From Podospora anserina (lineage: Eukaryota), in assembly GCA_017654855.1 (NCBI GenBank), contig CM030333.1:4154001-4218000 (forward strand): 64,000 nt of DNA, in the 5' to 3' direction. The translations under genes and the position numbers were made by a program. The notes under the pieces are model-generated. The model was not told the DNA's origin. It saw only the letters and a list, made by a program, of their open reading frames with translations, and made no database searches. Of the stretch, positions 1 through 11,525 are shown piece by piece. Numbering within the stretch: position 1 is the stretch's first letter; each line of letters opens with the position of its first letter.

Positions 1-1
1 C

Positions 2-460
2 ACCAAGGCCGAGTGCACTTTCGAGCAGGCCGTCACCTGGACTGATGGCACCGTCATCTTTGCCTCTGGCTCTCCCTTTTCTCAGTTCACCATCAAGCTC
101 GGCAGCGACCAGGCCATCACCTACTACCCCAACCAGGGCAACAACGTCTATGTCTTCCCTGGCATCGGCCTCGGCGCCATCCTCGCCAAGGCCACCCGTG
201 TCACCGACAACATGATCTACACCTCTGCTGCTGCCCTTGCCGGGTCCCTGAACGCCGAGGAGGTGCACAAGGGTCTGATCTACCCTCGCATTGAGCGCGT
301 GCGTGATGCCAGCGTGATTGTTGCCCGCGAGGTGATGAAGGCTGCGCGTCGGGATGGTGTGAGTGCCCTGCCCGAGGAGCAATGGCTTACCTGGGAGGAG
401 TGGGGTGACCCGGCTCTTGATAAGTATATCAAGGAGCATATTTATGACCCTGCTCTTTAA
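2..460 (+). CDS. Malic enzyme (NAD(P)-dependent), 3' part; 5' end lies outside the window
   Basis: Frame from position 2 reads TKAECTFEQAVTWTDGTVIFASGSPF...NQGNNVYVFPGIGLGA, matching malic enzyme C-terminal signatures (FASGSPF, QxNNxYxFPGIGLG); stop TAA at 458-460. Confidence 0.93.
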   Translation, partial: TKAECTFEQAVTWTDGTVIFASGSPFSQFTIKLGSDQAITYYPNQGNNVYVFPGIGLGAILAKATRVTDNMIYTSAAALAGSLNAEEVHKGLIYPRIERVRDASVIVAREVMKAARRDGVSALPEEQWLTWEEWGDPALDKYIKEHIYDPAL

Positions 461-1231
461 GTGTTTGTTTTTCGGGGAGGGGCGGGTATTGAAATTGGGA
501 GTCTATAATGACTGGATGAAGCTGGGTTGGGAGAGAGGGAGGGGGGGGGGAGTGCATTACTGGCGTTGTTTACTTTCAGGGAAGGACTTAGCTTAGCCTT
601 TTTTTTTCTTTTCTGTTTTCTTTGCTTTTGCTTGCCCCTTGGTATGAGCATTGCGGGGATTATAATGGGCTTCTTTTTTGCGGTTATCTCTTTTTCTAAT
701 GAATGATATCCCAACGAAGAGTTGAGGAGACCAAGTTTCACACACACAAGATTTGGTTTTTGGATGGACTACAATGGATGGCAGAGTGCATGGAAAACGG
801 GAGGTTTCTGAGGCAAGACAAGACAAGACAAGATTACAGTTGTTGGATGTGGCGGTGTCAAGTGAGCGTGCAAGCGCGGAATAGATAAAAAGAGGGAGGA
901 ATCCAAATACATATACTACTTGTTAGAATGAGAATGAAATGGGGGAGAGCGGTTTGTGTCGAGATTGTTGATGCTTGATAGGAGAGGTGAAGGTTGAATG
1001 AATGATTTGGTGTGCAGTTGTTGTTAGCATGTGATGTGTTGTTGCTGTTGTGTGTCTGATTGGTGAACCTATAACCATCACCGCAGTACCCCTTTATAAC
1101 ACCTGAGTGCTGTCCACCCTCTCACGTCAACATTCTCATAAATCTCTCTCTCTCACAACACCATCCCATCCCATGGTTAAACCGCCCCCAAAGTCCCCAA
1201 CCTCCCCCCAAAGTTACCTCCATAAAGCCTC

Positions 1232-2733
1232 CTAACCTCCACCCCCTTCTCCCCATTGTATCCTCCCCCCCCTCCCTCCTCGTTAAACTCATCCATTATG
1301 AAAGCATGCAGCAGTTTGATCTCGGGCATTCTTTTCAGTTCCTCCCTGACCCAGCCGTTTTCCTGCCGGGTGACTTCGCCGTCGTAGAACAGCAGGTCCT
1401 CGGAGTCGATGATCTCCGAGAGGGCAAAGGTGAGAGGAAAGAGTTTGGAGCGGTAGATGAGCCAGAGCGTCTCGAGGCCTTCGAGCCGGAAGGTGGTGTT
1501 GTTGAGGAGGGGGGAGCAGAAGGGGTTTTTGGAGACGAGGGAGTAGTGGTGGGCGGTCCAGACTTGGTGTGGGGGAGAACCTGGGGGGAAGAGGGAGGCG
1601 ATGGTGAGGGTGGAGGAGGGGGATTGGAGGCTGTGATGGGGTTAGTTAGCGGATGTCATAGAAGGGGTAGTTTAAGGGGTACATTAAGAAGAAAAAAAAA
1701 AGAAAAAAAAGCTCACTCAACAAACCTCACCGGCCCCTCCCCGGCAGGAAACAACTCCCTCCCCGGCCCCATCCCCAACCCCCACTCCCACCCCCCCATC
1801 CTCACCCTCACAACATCACACGTGACAACCACCCCGACGGTCTTCAACCGTTCCCACAAACCCCCAATCTGAAACCTCCTCACCTGCCTCTCCAACTCCG
1901 CCCGATCTTGTGGTTTTCGTATCAAGACTTGTTCGGCAAGCTGCTGTATATCCAGCGGCGGCGGCAGCTCCCCCTGTCCTACACTACCGACAATCGTAGC
2001 CGCAAAAACAGGCCCGACACTCGGCACCTTTAGCCAATCCACCCCGGGGGAAAACCAGGTATGCCCCGTCACGTACGCCTGCCCATCCATCGTCACGACC
2101 TTTGTCTTCACCAACCCCCCATGTCTCAAGCAAACAACCCTGCTCTCATGACACGTCCCCGCCAACGGCGGCGGTGGTAATAAGTTGGTAGTCACCACCG
2201 GTCCTGGCAAGGGGTTACTCCCCCCGTTCCCCCCAACCCCCTGATGCCCACCGCCCACCCGTGGTCTCCAATCCCTCCCGACCCTCCCCTCCTCTCCTTG
2301 GGTCCCCCCCTCGAAAACACCATGGTACCCCCTCACCCTACCCACCACCTGGCCCCCTCTAGGCAAATACCCGGCCCTGACCTCCAAAACACGCGGGCAA
2401 CCCCAAAGGGCAAACTCCCATACTTTCATTCTAACCTCGACCGGCAGTTTCCTAAAGTAAGAAAACTTGGGGGCTTGGGTAGAAAGCAAAAGGTGGGAGT
2501 GCACACCCCCAATCTCGCGGGTCAGCTGTCTTGAGAGGTCCCGTTTTATGACTGAGAGCTGGGACTGGAAACTGGCCTCTAGGCGGCGGTGGGAGGAATG
2601 AAGGTCGGAGGAGAGGCGGTGGACTTCTTGGGTGAAGTGGGCGAGGAGTTGTTCCCAGGTTAGGAGGGGGGGTTCGATCGTAAGAGAGGGGGGGTTGTCA
2701 TCGGAGGAGGAAGGGGGGTGGTGGTGGTGGTGG

Positions 2734-2767
<34 letters not shown>

Positions 2768-2804
2768 GATGGTGATGGTTGTGGTGGCTGTGGTGGGTGG
2801 TCAT
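1232..2804 (-). CDS. 2EXR-domain protein with a poly-His/poly-Asn N-terminus; exons 2804-1717 and 1630-1232
   Basis: FSYFRKLPVEVRMKVWEFAL...PRVLEV and PPPLAGTCHESR are 2EXR-like motifs. The intron GTGAGC(1716)...CTAAC...CACAG(1631) restores the frame into a protein-like second exon ending in TAG at 1232. Confidence 0.75.
2722..2800. repeat. Coding (AAC)n/(CAC)n trinucleotide microsatellite (poly-N/poly-H)
   Basis: About 11 GTT units flanked by GTG/GGT runs on the + strand. Confidence 0.9.
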
Positions 2805-3508
2805 TTTTAATGATACGCCGAACGCTGGTGGTGTGAGATGGATGGTTGAAATGTAGAGATATGCTGCTGGAAGAAAAGGATGGATGATGTGTTGGTAGGA
2901 TATGGTTGTGTGACAAACTCCTCCCTCGACTTCGAGACCTCCTTGTCTTATACTCCCACAAATGTCTCGCTACACAACCACCTCCCCGCCAAAACCTCCC
3001 CGGCTTCAACCCCCCTTACTCACACGAAAACTACTCACATCCGACTAGACACATGCAGACAAAAGGTGACCACTTACACGCATCTAGCCGCATCCCCCCC
3101 CCATGCTTGCACATCCTGCGTTGCACACACCCAATCAAATCTCACTCCCACCCACCCTCTTCCCAACCTTGTTTTGTCTGATTGGGACCAAAAAAAAACG
3201 CTGTCTTGCTCAAGGGTCCGTACATAAACTGTGGCTACCGACCAAAGTCAATCACTATCATACATGCATACAAACTTTGCTGGTTTTGTTTTTTTTGCCT
3301 GTTGATCTCTCCGTCTTCCTCGGAGGTACCCATAATCATGAAAAATAACTCCCCGTGAACCATGATTCCTCAATGTCCATTACCACTCCAGCCCTCCCCC
3401 CCTTAAAAAAAACAAAACAGATGCATATTCCCCTCCCTCCATAGAATAAGTCCAGACTCCACAAACATAACCCCCCCAAAACCCAACCCCTCAACTCAAC
3501 GAGAACTC

Positions 3509-6500
3509 CTACTTAGCCTCCCTCATCTTCCTATCCGCCCTCTCCACCCTCCCCCTAGCACCCGAATCCAAACTCCTCCACCACCCCCTCAAACCAGTCA
3601 TATACCCCCTATAACCCTCCCAACCCTCCACCGGCGCCCCCTTAACCTGCGGCGCCCCCTCATCAGCATCAAACACCGCCCAGCTCGACTCCTCCCCCGA
3701 CCTCAGCCCAAACCCCTTCTTGCTAATCGACTTGACCTGCAGCCTCTGCAGCAAAACCGCATCCCCCACCCTGACAACAGGCAGTGACTCCTTGTGCGGT
3801 CGGTACAGCTGCACCTCCACAACACTACCCGGCGCGATCGACGGGTCGGTAATGTGAAACGACATGACGTATTCCCTCGGTCCCTTCTTGGCGCGGACAG
3901 GCGTGGTGGGTTCAGAGGTGACAATCGCGGCGACGACGGGGTGCTCGTCCACGTGGTATTTCAGTGAGGTCAAGTTGATGCAGTCGGGGAATTCCTGGCG
4001 GAGGCGCTTGGTCAGGTCGGCCTTCAAGGCGGCGGTGCTGGTGTTGTTGTCGTCGACCAGAGGGGAAGCTGACTTGGTTTTGGACGGAGAATTCAGCGCA
4101 TCCTTTGCGAGGCCGACGCTGACATCTCCCTTGGATGGCGAGGCCAGCGCGCCTCTCGCCAATAAAACGCTGAGATCCCGGTTGGAGGGCAAGTTAAAAG
4201 ACCCCTTGGGCTCTTCCTCGGCGTCCTGGTTGCTCGACTGTAAGCTGTTCGACCGCCTCCTCGCAAGTCGCGGGCTAATTCGTGTTGGCTGCGGCTCCTG
4301 TGGCTGTGGCTGCCCTCTCTTGCTCCGTCGCGCTGCTACCGACTGCTGGGCGAGCTTGACGCTCACATCTGGCGAGGAGGATGATGACGCTGCCATTTCG
4401 GGTTGCGGTGACATGTGCTCTTGAGAGGATGGCGTCTGGACCGTGATTTCTTCCTCGGCGCTCTTACAAACAGCTCTGGTTTGCGTGGGCGGCTCGGAAA
4501 GCTCTAATTGTGCGCTCTTGCCTCTGACTGCCTTTTTCTTGTTCTTATTCCGTTTGCTTGCACGCGTCGCTGCAGCCTTCCGAACAGGCGCACTCGGGAC
4601 TGACGCGACTTCTTCCGCATCAGACTCGCCCGCGTTGAAGCTTAAATCTGGCGAGCCAGCACTGTTGTTCTTGCCTGGCTGCTCTAGAACAACACCCACG
4701 TCAGCCTGCTGGGTTTCTTGTTCCTCCTCGGCATCGTGATCCTCAGGCTCCGCTTGCACCATGCTCTGCAGAGGGGTTGGGGGCAGCTCTGTCTCCCGCA
4801 TTGCTTCCTGAAACCCTTGGGCAAATGGCGACAGTTTCTTCTGAGATGCAAAAGAGTTGGTGAGAGGAGGCGAGGCAGGGACTTCTTTTCCCATTGCTTC
4901 ATTGTTGGCTGGTGCAGTTGCACCCTCGACCGGCTCCAGAGACACCACTGCTGGCTTCTCCTCGTCGACAACAGGCACCGGGACTTCTCCCTCTGCCTCC
5001 TTAACAGGCTCCAGATGAACTTCCTCGACAGCATCCGTGTCCTCTTGCTGCTGTGTGTCCTCCAACACCTCTTCCTGTGCTTCCTCAGTCGCTTCCTGCT
5101 CCATAGCAGCATCCTCTACAAGAATCTCAGTTGTCACCTCCATGATAACAGTCTCCTCAACAACCTCCTCAACCACCTCGGTAATGATCATGCTAGACTC
5201 GACCTCTGCTCGTGGCGTCTCTGCTTCCATAGGCGACTCGAAATGCGGCGTTCCCGCATCAAGCATATCCACATCGACGTCATCGTCAACCACCGACATG
5301 GGTTCGGCCGTGCTGGCTTTTTCGTGGTCGTCTTCGACATCCATCTCGTCGTCATCGGCCTCGACTTGACTCGCAAGTGACATCTTGTCATCTGCCGACT
5401 CGGACGCCATACGCTGGTTAGCCTGCTCTTGTTCGAGTTGTTCCAGTACCATGTCGTCATAGAAATCCTCGAGTTCTCTGTCGAAGTCCCCGGGGGGCAC
5501 ATCGTCAGCCATGTCAATTTCGTCATTCTCATCTTCCGAAGGGATATAATCAGCATCGTGTTCATGCTCGGATTCATTATCAACGTCGAATTGGCCGGCC
5601 GACTCGGCAGCAGTGACATCTGGCCGCTCAAGTTCCGATTTGGCTGCGGCATCTGACTGGTCGACCTTTGGTTCAACCCCCTCAGCTTCGTTTGTAGCAG
5701 TAGCAGCCGGCTCTTCGGCCTCGGATTCCTTATCTTCCGACTCTGAAGCGGCAGCCTTCTCGGGAGAGGCGGCCACCGGTTCAGCCTCGGATGCCTTATC
5801 CTCCGACTCTGAAACAGCAGCAACCTTGGGCGGTTCAATCTCAAGTTCAGACTCGGAACCAGACACCTCATCCGTGTCTTCAGGTGCCGACATGACAAAG
5901 GAATCTTCCTTGTCGGCATGCTCATCAGCGGGTGCGCGTGCTTGCTCGTCGTGCCCATCAGCTTGGTGAACAGCAAAGTCAACCACATGGGTCTGGCCAC
6001 CAGCAACCGCAGGGGCCTCGTCTTCGGCCTCGTTGGCTGCTTCCTTGGGCTTCGAAACCTCACCCTTGAGCGCTGTAGCCTCATGCTCGTCATCCGAAGC
6101 CTCATCTCTGGCTGAAGCCCCATCCCTTGGTTGTGGCGCTTCACCTCCACGGCCCGAGGTTTCCTCTTCAGGCTCTTCATCTTCGTCGGAAGCCTCTTCC
6201 GCCGTGTGGTCTTCAGCTTCGTCTTCATCTTCATCTTCATCTCCAACAGAAGCTTCCTCCACCTTGAGGTCTCCAACTTCGTCTTCAGATGCTGATTCAT
6301 ACATCACTCCAGCCCCTCCAACCTCCGAGACCTCCTCTTCAGCATCCGGCATCTCCTCCTCAGAATCATAGACATCCTCCTCAAGCTCCCGATCCTCCTC
6401 CTCAGATCCCACCTCGTCCTCTTCAGAGTCCTTAGCTGCTTCAGATGCCTTAGCTTCCTCAGATTCCTCAACCTCCTCAGAAAGACCCGGATCAACCTGA

Positions 6501-8930
6501 TCAGAACCAATCCCCGGGCTCTTACGAGTCTCCTGCGTCGGTTCAGCAGCCGGAGGTGCCTTGGGCGCAGGCATAGGCACGTCATCATCCTCAGAGTCCG
6601 AAAGCAAGCTAATCACCATCGGCCCCTTCGGATTCGCCTGTGGCAGCACCCTCCCAGTATAAACTGGCTTAGCCGCCGGAGCCTCCTCATAATCATCATA
6701 CTCATCCCCCTCCTCCTCATCATCATACTCCTCTTCATCGTCCTCCTCCTGGTCCTCAGACAAATCATTGAATCCCTTAAACTCCGACTCATCCAACACC
6801 CCAGCATCACCATACCGATCAACAATCTCCTGATGAACCTCCTCTTCCTGCTCAGATAGACCCTCATCATCATCCGAGGGCTCAACGTAGTTTCGCTGGT
6901 CGTAATCGCCTTCTTCGATGGGCTCACCATACGCGTACTCATCTTGGACGGCATCCTGATCCTCCTCATCGTCTACACCAACGGCGTCTTCCTCAAGTGA
7001 GTCATCACCCTCTCCATAGCCACGAGCTTCCTGAGTAGCAAGTCCACCATCCGCAAACTGGCCTTGCAACCCGCCATTCCCATAGCTAGCAAACCCATCC
7101 GGCAATGCGTTAGGAGTAACATGAGCAGCGTGGAGAGCCGCATCGCCAGGAGGCATCCGGGTGCCCTCCTCCAGAGCGTCATCACCAAAGTGGCCGCCCT
7201 CGGTTTGGTTATAGCGCGGGGACTCTGTAGTAACCGTCCACTGATTGTTATCAAAGTTCTCCGCCATGGGGGGCTGTTGAATGGGCAGATCTTGAGTGTC
7301 GGCCGACGCAAAATAGTTGTTGATATGCACATCAGACGGCGCGTCATCAAGATACGAATCAGGATATGCCTCGTTCTTATCAAAGCCAGTGGCCCCATGG
7401 AAATGTTGATCGTGAGCATCCGGAGGGGGTGCGGTATGTGGAATGTGAGAAAACCCGAATCTAACTTGGTCTGCTATGCTTGAAGGTGATTGGATCCGGG
7501 CGGGCGGGCCAGTGCCAAACATGGAGAAACCAGGAGTCTTGGGGGTGCCAAAAAGTGAGCTACTAGCAAACGTATCCGTAGCAGGCTTTTGGGCGGTATC
7601 AAGTTTGGGCATGTCCGTGTTGGCATTGGCAGCCGGGGGACCGGATCGGCTTTCAGTGGGCTTTCCAGAAGCCTGGTCATGTTGGGGGGTAGCAGGGGGC
7701 AATTCTGGCATTGTGAGAGCTGGCTGCTCCTGAGCAACAGGTGACCTTTTCTCCTGCTGCGCTCGGGCAAGCCTGGGATGCTCCTCGGAAGCCGGAGACT
7801 TCTGTGCCTGCTGCGCATGAGCAAGCGCTGCTTGGCTAAGCACGTCCATGGCGCTCTCTGTACGCACTGGGGGTGTCTGCACTGGCTTTGTCCGTACCGG
7901 CTCCGTCTCCATCGGCTCCGTTTGCGCTGCCTCGACCCGTGTTGACTCGGGCTGTACTGGCTCTGTTTGCACCGGTTCAGTTTGCACCGCCTCGTCCGTG
8001 GGCTCGGTCATTTCAATATCGACTGTCTGGACTCCCTCATCCAGCATTACCTTTTGTGGCGAAAGCTGCGGGGACGTTTTCTCGGTCACATCTTCGTCCA
8101 TAGACTCCTCAGCCGGTGACTGAGGTTCAGGGCTAGGTGACTGGCTGGTATAGCGCCACGCACTGCTGTCGCGGCCAAACCGAGTTCGTTTGCGACCCTT
8201 GCCCTTGACTCCTCCGTCTTCCTCGAAAGGGTCAAACCCATCCTCGAACAGCGCACCGTACGACAGTCGCTGCCGTTTGATGAGTGCTGGGGATGCATAT
8301 TCGTTCTCGGCAACTTCGAAAAATTTGCGGATTGTAGGGACGTGTTCGGGTGGTTCTTCGGGCTCAGGTGTCGACAGTCGAGGTGCTGTCGCAAGCGGAG
8401 CCGGGGGTCGAGGCGAGGCCTCGGTCTCGAGTTCGGGATGGTCGATGTTCAAGTGTCTGAGCTGGTTTGTTTCGCCAGATTTTATCTATAGAAAGCTGTT
8501 AGATGGGTTGTGAATCGGCGAGCAAGCGTCATGACCGCACCTGCAAGACAAACTTCTCGTCGAACTGCAATTGCCATTCCACTCTGGAGCCAGGGATGCC
8601 GCCTGGCGATGTGTCCTTTGTCCATGTTACTTCCTCTAGAGAGAAGAGTAGCTCATCACCGGCTCCTAGACCACATTTTGAAAGAATCCTTGCGCTGGGA
8701 CCATGGAGCTCGATGCGAACTTGACCTCGAGCACGACGCAGTCGTACATCGGGCTCTGCCAGCAAGAAAGCAAAGGTCTCGGTGACCGAGTTGTAGGGCC
8801 AGGTAATGCCAACTTCGCCTCGCACGGTTCGCGATGGTTGATCTGGCAAATCGGGGCCAAGCTGGGCAATGGGTGTTGCGAGTTTGGTCGCCAAAAGCGC
8901 AGCGACGTTTCCGTCTTCAGCCATCTCCAT
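3509..8930 (-). CDS. About 1790-aa acidic disordered protein with an N-terminal OB-like fold and a C-terminal POT1/Cdc13 (Telo_bind)-like OB fold; exons 8930-8541 and 8485-3509
   Basis: The C-terminus VAAIVT...PVRAKKGPREYVMSFHITDPS...VQLYRPHKESLPVVRVGDAVLL resembles the POT1 OB1 pattern. The N-terminal 130 aa are beta-rich and OB-like. The intron GTGCGG(8540)...CTAAC...TATAG(8486) joins the two ORFs in frame. Confidence 0.75.
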
Positions 8931-9524
8931 GTTGGATAGGGCGCTGTGTCGATGATGTGAACGCGGTCGGGTTCAAATTACTGAGAGCGTGTCATTTCCG
9001 GGTAAGCCAGGAGGTACGGGGAGACATGTAAAGAAGTTACAATGTTTTGGCGACGGTTGATGAACAGAGGCAAGTTGTGCAGCCTCACAAAGCTGCTCCT
9101 CTTGGGTTGAGTTGCTCTTTGGGAGAGCTCCTTCAACTTTCTTGAGGTTCTGTCGCGCGAATGACGGCAGCGGGAAACCAGTGACGTTTCCATTGGTAGG
9201 TTCCAGGCTTGGAGAAGCTTTACAGTGGGTCCTGCCTGGGAGCTTGCAGCTGAGGCATGCTCCACCGCCTGAAAACGGAAGGCGGTGTCATCTTGAGAGC
9301 CTTGGCAGTTTCGGGAGCTTGGGCCAGCCTGTAATTTCGTATTCGAAGCACGTAATCGGTGTATGCAATGGTAACGACTTGATGATCAGTCAATGAATGG
9401 GTTCGACTGACAACCACCTCTCTTTTTCCCTCAAGTTTGTATACTTTGTTTTCAAGAATCTTTTGACGCCGAAGATTCCGTCTATCTATCCTATCCGACT
9501 TCTGAGCCACAGATCCTCTCCAAC

Positions 9525-10964
9525 ATGGGCTTCGAAACAGTATTAGGCCAAGCACCATTCGGTATTCACAGAATCGCAATCATCGGCGCTGGCCCATGCG
9601 GTCTTGCTGCGGCCAAGTATTTGGTGGCCCAAAAAGCCTTTGAAAAGATCGATATCTATGAGCAGCAATCAGAAGTTGGAGGCGTCTGGAAGTATAGCGC
9701 AAAGCCGGCGGAGAACCGTCGTGTGCCCCAAGTGAACCCCGAATGCCCGCCAGACCCCCCTTTGGAGCCTGGAGATGGCAATGATGATAAGGGACCAGTT
9801 TTTCCCTCGCCCATGTACAAACTACTACACACAAACATTCCACGAGGTTTAATGCCTTTTACGGACTTTCCTTTCTCAGATGATCTCCTCATCTTCCCCT
9901 CTCGCGATGACGTACAGGACTATCTGGTTCAGTACTCCCAGGACATAAGGCACCTCATCAGTTTCTCTACCGAGGTCAAAGATGTTCGTCTGAGAACAGA
10001 TGCCAAGGGAAAGGATCAGTGGGACGTGGATGTGTTATCGCTACGAACGGGCGAGCTTACGACCGCAACATATGATGCTGTTGTTGTCGCATCTGGTCAT
10101 TATTCTATCATTTATATCCCCGACATGAAGGGGATATCCGAGTTCAACAGCACACACCCCGATATAATTTCTCACTCCAAATACTACCGCACTCCCGAAC
10201 CATTCAGGAACAAAAAGGTCATCGTGGTGGGCAACGCTGCCTCGGGCTTGGATATTGCCTCGCAAATCAGCCAAGTCTCGCAACAACCATTACTCTTATC
10301 GGTGCGGACACCAACCCCAGAGGCCAACCTTGAATGGACCGGGGCCGAGGAAGTCCCAGAAATTGAAGAGTTTCTCGTGGCAGACAGAGCTGTCCGATTC
10401 AAAGAGGGCAGGGTTGAGAAGGACATTGATGCCATCGTCTTCGCAACGGGCTACCTCTACTCCTTCCCCTTTCTCACCTCACTACAACCACCGTTGGTGA
10501 CGGATGGGCGTCGAGTCAGGGGGCTCTATAAACATCTCTTTCACATTGAACACCCAACATTGGTGTTCCCAGGACTGCCTATAAAGGTGGTACCATTCCC
10601 CGTCTCACAAAGTCAAGCAGCCACCTTCTCACGGGTGTGGGCGAACCTGCTGCCCTTACCATCAGTGGATGATATGAAACGTTGGGAGGACGAGGAAGCT
10701 GAAAAGAAAGGTTCCAAGTATCACGTCTGGCCGGTGGGCGCAGATTCAGAGTACATCAACTCGGTCTATGACTGGATCACCGAAGCCGGCATTCCAGGCA
10801 AGGAGCCACCTCGATGGGACGAGGAGCAGTGCTGGCAGAGAACCATCCACATGAAGGCCAAATTAAGGTTTGAATTGGAGGGTCGCAAGGCAAAAACTCT
10901 CAAAGAGCTCGGTTTTGACTATGAGCCGGAGCAGAAAGATGACTCGGGGCCGTTGTTGCTTTGA
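9525..10964 (+). CDS. FMO1: Flavin-containing (thiol-specific) monooxygenase, FMO family
   Basis: IAIIGAGPCG (FAD), GGVWKY, VASGHY, SHSKYYR (FMO fingerprint), VVGNAASGLD (NADPH), FATGY; single 479-aa ORF. Confidence 0.92.
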   Translation: MGFETVLGQAPFGIHRIAIIGAGPCGLAAAKYLVAQKAFEKIDIYEQQSEVGGVWKYSAKPAENRRVPQVNPECPPDPPLEPGDGNDDKGPVFPSPMYKLLHTNIPRGLMPFTDFPFSDDLLIFPSRDDVQDYLVQYSQDIRHLISFSTEVKDVRLRTDAKGKDQWDVDVLSLRTGELTTATYDAVVVASGHYSIIYIPDMKGISEFNSTHPDIISHSKYYRTPEPFRNKKVIVVGNAASGLDIASQISQVSQQPLLLSVRTPTPEANLEWTGAEEVPEIEEFLVADRAVRFKEGRVEKDIDAIVFATGYLYSFPFLTSLQPPLVTDGRRVRGLYKHLFHIEHPTLVFPGLPIKVVPFPVSQSQAATFSRVWANLLPLPSVDDMKRWEDEEAEKKGSKYHVWPVGADSEYINSVYDWITEAGIPGKEPPRWDEEQCWQRTIHMKAKLRFELEGRKAKTLKELGFDYEPEQKDDSGPLLL

Positions 10965-11525
10965 GACACGGCCCCGCCCCGAATGTCTCACTCAGCACGC
11001 CCTTTCTCAAATCTAACCGGTCGCCGATTCAGTGGGACCGGGTCAGACACCGAAGTGCAACGCAAAAGCCGGATGGCGATTCAGAACACCATCAAAATAA
11101 ATATCATCACCATGATCGGTAGATAATAGCCGGAAGTTAGAAAGAGCATTTGGGGGCGGGCTCTGGCATAGATATTCCCCGCCTCTCTCATCCGACCCCT
11201 GCGACCAAACCCCACAGTGAGTTTTCCGCCGAAGCGGTAGCCCCGGAGGTGTGCCCGGCAGGGGTTACAACAGCGCGTTGGGGCGCTGGAAGAGGCGTTC
11301 CCGATCCCGAGAAAGGGACAAAGTCGCATCGCATTGCTTGATCTGATGTGGCTAATCGTGGTTTATTTGTAAGCATATTATCGATTATTGAACCAGACTT
11401 GGTTGAATCCTTCGTGCCTTCTCCAATTATCAGTCTCTGATAAGATTTCATCTTGCTCATAACCGTTCTCATCTTCTCATCTTACTGAACCGGTAGTTGT
11501 TCATCGATCTTGTTGAACTGTTGCA

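Noticed and set aside
1306-1872. 188-aa plus-strand ORF
   Set aside because: Antisense to exon 2 and the intron of the 2EXR gene, and runs through a poly-A tract
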